Part shown: in pieces, positions 44,928 to 49,173 of the stretch
Numbering within the stretch: the first letter of the stretch is position 1
How the letters are laid out: every line of letters starts with the position of its first letter
Source of the DNA: an uncultured Rickettsiales bacterium
GTDB taxonomy: Bacteria; Pseudomonadota; Alphaproteobacteria; Rickettsiales; UBA8987
DNA: 49,173 nucleotides
Reading direction: 5' to 3'
Assembly (NCBI GenBank): GCA_964424715.1
Contig: CAYRJW010000003.1
Coordinates: 1 to 49,173, forward strand
Made by a program: the position numbers and the translations under genes
Notes under the pieces: generated by a model
Databases searched by the model: none
Told to the model about the DNA's origin: nothing
What the model saw: only the letters and a program-made list of their open reading frames with translations

Positions 44928-47595
44928 TTATCTCGCTTTCCTTCAACACAGGTAGGGTAAAGGTGATCTTAGCCCCGCCTTCCTTGCTGCTTTCAGCCCA
45001 TATCCTGCCTTTGTGGGTTAGAATAATACCCCTGCAAATAGTCAGGCCAAGCCCTGTGTTCTGTGAGCCTATATTGGCGCTGGTATAGAATTTATCAAAT
45101 ATCTTTTTCTCATCACCTCTTTTAATTCCAGGGCCATTATCTGTTATTGAAAAGAATATCTCATCACCAGACTTATTAACCTCTATCTCTATCATCCCAT
45201 CAGTTTCAGGGGCGAACCTGATAGCATTCTCAAGCAGGTTAGTAATTACCTGTTCAATCAATATACCATCAACATTAATAAGTGGAAGCTCAGGCTCAAC
45301 CAGCACATTTATATGCCTGTCGCTTTTCAGCTCTTCCACACGAAGCAGGCAACTGCCTATCAGCTCATCAATGAAATAAGGCTGCTTGTTGAGATTGATG
45401 TTTCCTGATTCAAGGCTGGTAACATCCAGCAGGTTAGTAACCAGTTTTGAAAGCCTTGCTGTTTGGGTGTGGATTGATTTAAGCAGCTCACCACCTTCTT
45501 TTGAATTACGCTCTTTCATCGTTATAAGGCTGCTTGCCGCACCGCTTATGGAAGCGAGTGGAGTTCTCAAATCATGCGAAACAGAACTTAAAAGCACATT
45601 CTTTAACTTAACGGTTTCGGTTTCTACTTTTGATCTCTCGGCATAATCAGCCGAGCTTGCCCTGCCAAAAGCAGCGGAGATAATGGCGGTATAAGTTTCC
45701 AGTAAAGCTATATCATCGGGTAAAAAATTCTCTTTATCCTTTTCAGATAAAACACCAAGCACACCAAAACTTTTCTGATCTATGGAAGTCAGCGGCATAT
45801 ATAATCTTGAAGAGCTGGGCATGGTATTGGTTGAACGGCCAGCAGGTTTGCCGTTATTCCTACACCATTCAAGCACACTTTTTTCTTTTATCTCATAATC
45901 TGGCGCTATGCCTGCAATATCGTTCAGCTCGCCTTTTTCATCCACCAGCCAGATAGTTGAAGAAACATTGAATATGTTATCTATATGCTTGACCGCAGCT
46001 TCTGCAATATTCTGATAACCTCTTATGGAAGCCATTTCACGGGCAAGTGCATATAGTCCTTCTGTTTCCTTCTCTTTTTTGCGGGAAAATGTCGCCTGCA
46101 ACCTTAACTTTGCTGCCAGCGCCGATATTACAAGGCTGGTTAAAAGCATCACGGTCAGTGTTGTCCAGTTTGAGCTGTCATACATGGTGAAGGTATGGCG
46201 TGGCTCAATGAAGAACCAGTTTATTGCAAGAACACTTATAATAGAGAAAAAGGCAGAAGCACCTCGGCCAAATTTGGAAGCAAGGGCTACAACGCCTATT
46301 ATGTAGACCATTATAATATCTGTCAGATTAAAATAAGGATCAAAAAGCGCAGAAATTATTGTGCAAAAAAACACGCTGGCAAAGCTCACAAGATAAGGCA
46401 CAAATTCAAACTCTTTTTTAGTCTTTATTGGCTGTGGCCTATTTTCCTTATCAATCTCGCCTGTAACAACATAAACATCAATATCACCGCTTCTTCTGAT
46501 TATCTTTTCGGCCAGTGTTCCGTAAACCAGCTCTTTCCATTTAGCCTTATTCAACTTACCCAGCATTATCTTGGTAATGCCATTAGCTCTTGCATAATTC
46601 AAAATCTCATCTGCTGCATTCTCGCCCTGCAAGGTAACTGTTTTAGCTCCATTCCTTTGAGCCATTGTTAATACGGATTCCAGCGATGCCAGCGCTTCCT
46701 TATTTAATTCAAAATGCCTTTTATTCTCTATATAAACCGCAACCCATTGCGCTTTTAATGAGATTGCCATGCGCTTGGCTGAGCGTACCAGTTTAGGTGA
46801 AAGCGGATCAGGGCCTACGCATACTAATATTTTTTCCAGTATAGGGGCTGGATCATTTATACCCTCTCTTATCTTATATGCATCTCTTTGTGCATCAACA
46901 CGCTCTGCGGTTCTGCGAAGAGCTATTTCCCTCAACGCAAATAAATTGGTTTTCTTGAAGAAATTCTCGGCGGCACGGGCTTTGGCAGTTTTATCTAAAT
47001 AAACTTTGCCCTCTTTAAGCCTTTTGAGCAATTCTTCTGCTGATACATCAACCAGCTCAAGTTCCTCTGCCTTATCAAAGATAGAATCAGGAATGGTTTC
47101 CCTGACCTCTATGCCTGTTATTTCTTCTACAAGATTATTCAGGCTTTCAAGGTGCTGAACATTAAGAGTGGTGAAAACATCAATGCCGTTATCAAGCAAT
47201 TCCTCAACATCATTCCACCGTTTAGGATGACGGCTGCCAGGTGCATTAGTGTGGGCCAGTTCATCAATCAATATCAACTGCGGTTTTCTGGCTAGTGCCG
47301 CATCAATATCAAATTCTTTTATGACAACATCACGATGTTTTATCTCAAGAAGGGGTATGGAAGGCAAGCCTTCAATCAGATTCTGGGTTTCGGTTCTGCC
47401 GTGATGTTCAACAACACCTATAACAACATCCCTACCTTCTTTCAAATGCTGCTGGGCCTCTGAAAGCATGGCGAAGGTTTTTCCTACGCCAGCACTGCTG
47501 CCAAAGAATATTTTCAACTTACCTTTCTTAGACCTCTCCTGTTCCTGATTTATCAGGTTCAATAATTCATCAGGATTTGGTCTCTCAAAGTTCAT
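44920..47595 (-). CDS. kdpD: sensor histidine kinase KdpD
   Basis: 891 aa. N-terminal KdpD domain with P-loop GSSAGVGKT, Usp-like domain, 4 TM segments, GAF-like region, H-box SHDLRTPL and an HATPase domain (DNGPGI, GLGLTICRGI). Confidence 0.93.
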   Translation of the reverse strand: MNFERPNPDELLNLINQEQERSKKGKLKIFFGSSAGVGKTFAMLSEAQQHLKEGRDVVIGVVEHHGRTETQNLIEGLPSIPLLEIKHRDVVIKEFDIDAALARKPQLILIDELAHTNAPGSRHPKRWNDVEELLDNGIDVFTTLNVQHLESLNNLVEEITGIEVRETIPDSIFDKAEELELVDVSAEELLKRLKEGKVYLDKTAKARAAENFFKKTNLFALREIALRRTAERVDAQRDAYKIREGINDPAPILEKILVCVGPDPLSPKLVRSAKRMAISLKAQWVAVYIENKRHFELNKEALASLESVLTMAQRNGAKTVTLQGENAADEILNYARANGITKIMLGKLNKAKWKELVYGTLAEKIIRRSGDIDVYVVTGEIDKENRPQPIKTKKEFEFVPYLVSFASVFFCTIISALFDPYFNLTDIIMVYIIGVVALASKFGRGASAFFSIISVLAINWFFIEPRHTFTMYDSSNWTTLTVMLLTSLVISALAAKLRLQATFSRKKEKETEGLYALAREMASIRGYQNIAEAAVKHIDNIFNVSSTIWLVDEKGELNDIAGIAPDYEIKEKSVLEWCRNNGKPAGRSTNTMPSSSRLYMPLTSIDQKSFGVLGVLSEKDKENFLPDDIALLETYTAIISAAFGRASSADYAERSKVETETVKLKNVLLSSVSHDLRTPLASISGAASSLITMKERNSKEGGELLKSIHTQTARLSKLVTNLLDVTSLESGNINLNKQPYFIDELIGSCLLRVEELKSDRHINVLVEPELPLINVDGILIEQVITNLLENAIRFAPETDGMIEIEVNKSGDEIFFSITDNGPGIKRGDEKKIFDKFYTSANIGSQNTGLGLTICRGIILTHKGRIWAESSKEGGAKITFTLPVLKESEINE

Positions 47596-48149
47596 GGGTA
47601 TAATCTATCCAGGGCCAGATTTAATTCCAGTACATTAACCCTTTGTTCTCCTAATATAGTAAGTTCTTTTCCTTCTGTATACTTCTGCACAAGCTCTTGA
47701 ATTTTAGACTTTTCTATATCTCTGGTGGTTGCCACCCTGTCAATCTGGTATTCTGCTGCCTCTGGCGATATATGCGGGTCTAAACCGCTGGCTGATGAGG
47801 TAACAAGATCAACTGGTACGGGCTTGTTGTTCACTCTTCCTTTAACGGCATCAAGTAACGCAGGATTATTAACACCCTGATTAGTACCCGATGAAGCAGA
47901 GGCATTATAAGCTGGTGATGTACCAGAAGCTCTGCCCCAGAAATATTTATCAGAAGTAAAATTCTGCCCAATGAGTTCCGAACCAATTACTTCACCCTTA
48001 TTATTTTTTATCAGGCTGCCATTGGCCTTATCACTGAAAAAAACTTCTGCAAATAAAGTAACTACTAATGGATAAACTACACATAGCAATATTGTTGAAC
48101 TTAATGTCAGCAAGATCGCTGGTTTTAAATTTGAGATCATTTTGTTCAT
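47592..48149 (-). CDS. kdpC: potassium-transporting ATPase subunit KdpC
   Basis: 185 aa. Single N-terminal TM segment and the [18 protein letters not shown] motif. Confidence 0.9.
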   Translation of the reverse strand: MNKMISNLKPAILLTLSSTILLCVVYPLVVTLFAEVFFSDKANGSLIKNNKGEVIGSELIGQNFTSDKYFWGRASGTSPAYNASASSGTNQGVNNPALLDAVKGRVNNKPVPVDLVTSSASGLDPHISPEAAEYQIDRVATTRDIEKSKIQELVQKYTEGKELTILGEQRVNVLELNLALDRLYP

Positions 48150-49173
48150 ACCATACCTACTGATGTAATTATTAAATCTATGACTTTGATACCAATAAAC
48201 GGTATTATTATTCCGCCCACACCGTAGATCGCAAAGTTGCGTTGCAGTACAGCAGATGCTCCTAATGGGCGGTATTTGACACCTTTCAGGGCAAGTGGGA
48301 TAAGTGCAATTATTATGAGTGCATTAAATATCACCGCCGAAACTATTGCAGATAATGGTGAGGAAAGCCCCATAACATTTAATATACCAAGTTGCGGGTA
48401 AGTGCTTACGAACACCGCAGGAATTATGGCGAAGTATTTTGCTATATCATTAGAGATACTGAAAGTTGTAAGCGCACCTCGTGTCATTAGAAGCTGCTTG
48501 CCTATCTCCACTACCTCAATAAGTTTCGTAGGGTCGGAATCAAGGTCAACCATGTTACCAGCTTCTTTTGCAGCCTGTGTTCCACTATTCATCGCAACTG
48601 CAACATCGGCCTGGGCTAGCGCTGGTGCATCATTAGTGCCATCGCCTACCATTGCAACAAGCTGCCCACCTTCCTGCATCTTGCGAATGAATTTCAGTTT
48701 TGCCTCTGGGGTTGCCTCGGCAATAAAATCATCCACGCCTGCTTCTGCCGCTATCGCTGCCGCAGTTAACGGGTTATCACCAGTTATCATTACAGATTTA
48801 ATACCCATTTTGCGAAGTTCAGCCAAACGCTGTTTAATATCTGGTTTGATAACATCCTTTAAATAGATAACTCCCAAAACTCTATTACCATCAGCAACCA
48901 GCAACGGGGTACCACCCTTTTTAGCTATCTCATCAACCTTAGCTTTCACTTCTACTGGAACAGAACCGCCTAGCTTAGTAACTATTTTTTCTATTGAATC
49001 ACTTGCGCCTTTAAGAATTTTCCTACTTCCTATCAATGCACCACTGGTTCTGGTTTCTGCTGTGAAAGGCACAAATTCTATCTTATCTTTATTAACATCA
49101 TCACTTACTGAATATTTAGCTTTTGTAAGCGAAACTATGCTTCTACCTTCTGGCGTATCATCTGCTATTGAGG
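48146..49173 (-). CDS. kdpB: potassium-transporting P-type ATPase subunit KdpB, C-terminal part (CDS continues beyond the right edge)
   Basis: The frame is open from 49173 (...[22 protein letters not shown]...[12 protein letters not shown]). [14 protein letters not shown] and [19 protein letters not shown] are P-type ATPase motifs. The ORF-track start at 49072 is an internal GTG. Confidence 0.92.
   Translation of the reverse strand, partial: SIADDTPEGRSIVSLTKAKYSVSDDVNKDKIEFVPFTAETRTSGALIGSRKILKGASDSIEKIVTKLGGSVPVEVKAKVDEIAKKGGTPLLVADGNRVLGVIYLKDVIKPDIKQRLAELRKMGIKSVMITGDNPLTAAAIAAEAGVDDFIAEATPEAKLKFIRKMQEGGQLVAMVGDGTNDAPALAQADVAVAMNSGTQAAKEAGNMVDLDSDPTKLIEVVEIGKQLLMTRGALTTFSISNDIAKYFAIIPAVFVSTYPQLGILNVMGLSSPLSAIVSAVIFNALIIIALIPLALKGVKYRPLGASAVLQRNFAIYGVGGIIIPFIGIKVIDLIITSVGMV

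Noticed and set aside
1-49173. CRISPR arrays, rRNA genes, IS transposases, retron or other reverse-transcriptase genes
   Set aside because: I scanned by eye for regularly spaced direct repeats and for the corresponding protein motifs in the ORF track and found none. The only phased repeats are the short motifs reported at 19635-19702 and 39771-39873.

Overview
The window looks like a moderately AT-rich alphaproteobacterial chromosome, judged from gene content and synteny; no database search was possible. All family calls come from motifs I recognise in the supplied translations.

Positions 1-30.3 kb are mostly housekeeping genes: argH, a pirin, an FMN reductase, a siroheme-synthase-like gene, dapE, secD-yajC, tsaB-ffh, a sulfate-assimilation operon (cysH-cysD-DJ1/PfpI-cysNC), aroE, an orphan fliQ, mgtE, fabD, trxB, pth-murE-murF-mraY, corA and an AMP-ligase. 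Embedded at 10.06-11.96 kb is a three-gene RiPP cluster of the DUF2282 / DUF692 (MNIO) / DUF2063 'bufferin' type.

Positions 30.4-44.4 kb are accessory DNA. A tRNA-Arg(CCU) gene is split in its anticodon loop: the 5' half is at 30402-30441 and the 3' half at 39886-39931, and the two share only a 9-nt overlap. Between them lies a visibly AT-richer element of about 9.4 kb. It carries a tyrosine integrase, an AlpA-like excisionase, an AEP-primase/VirE protein, a DUF2806-like protein, a lipoprotein and a secreted Sel1+ankyrin protein. It also carries a strongly structured non-coding region and an intact, inverted copy of the same tRNA.

Next comes a 4.1-kb arsenic-resistance module (arsR-DUF6428-arsC-acr3-VIT-cytochrome b). 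It is bracketed by a decayed duplicate of the 3' end of kdpE. The window ends with kdpE-kdpD-kdpC-kdpB'. No CRISPR array, rRNA or IS transposase was seen.
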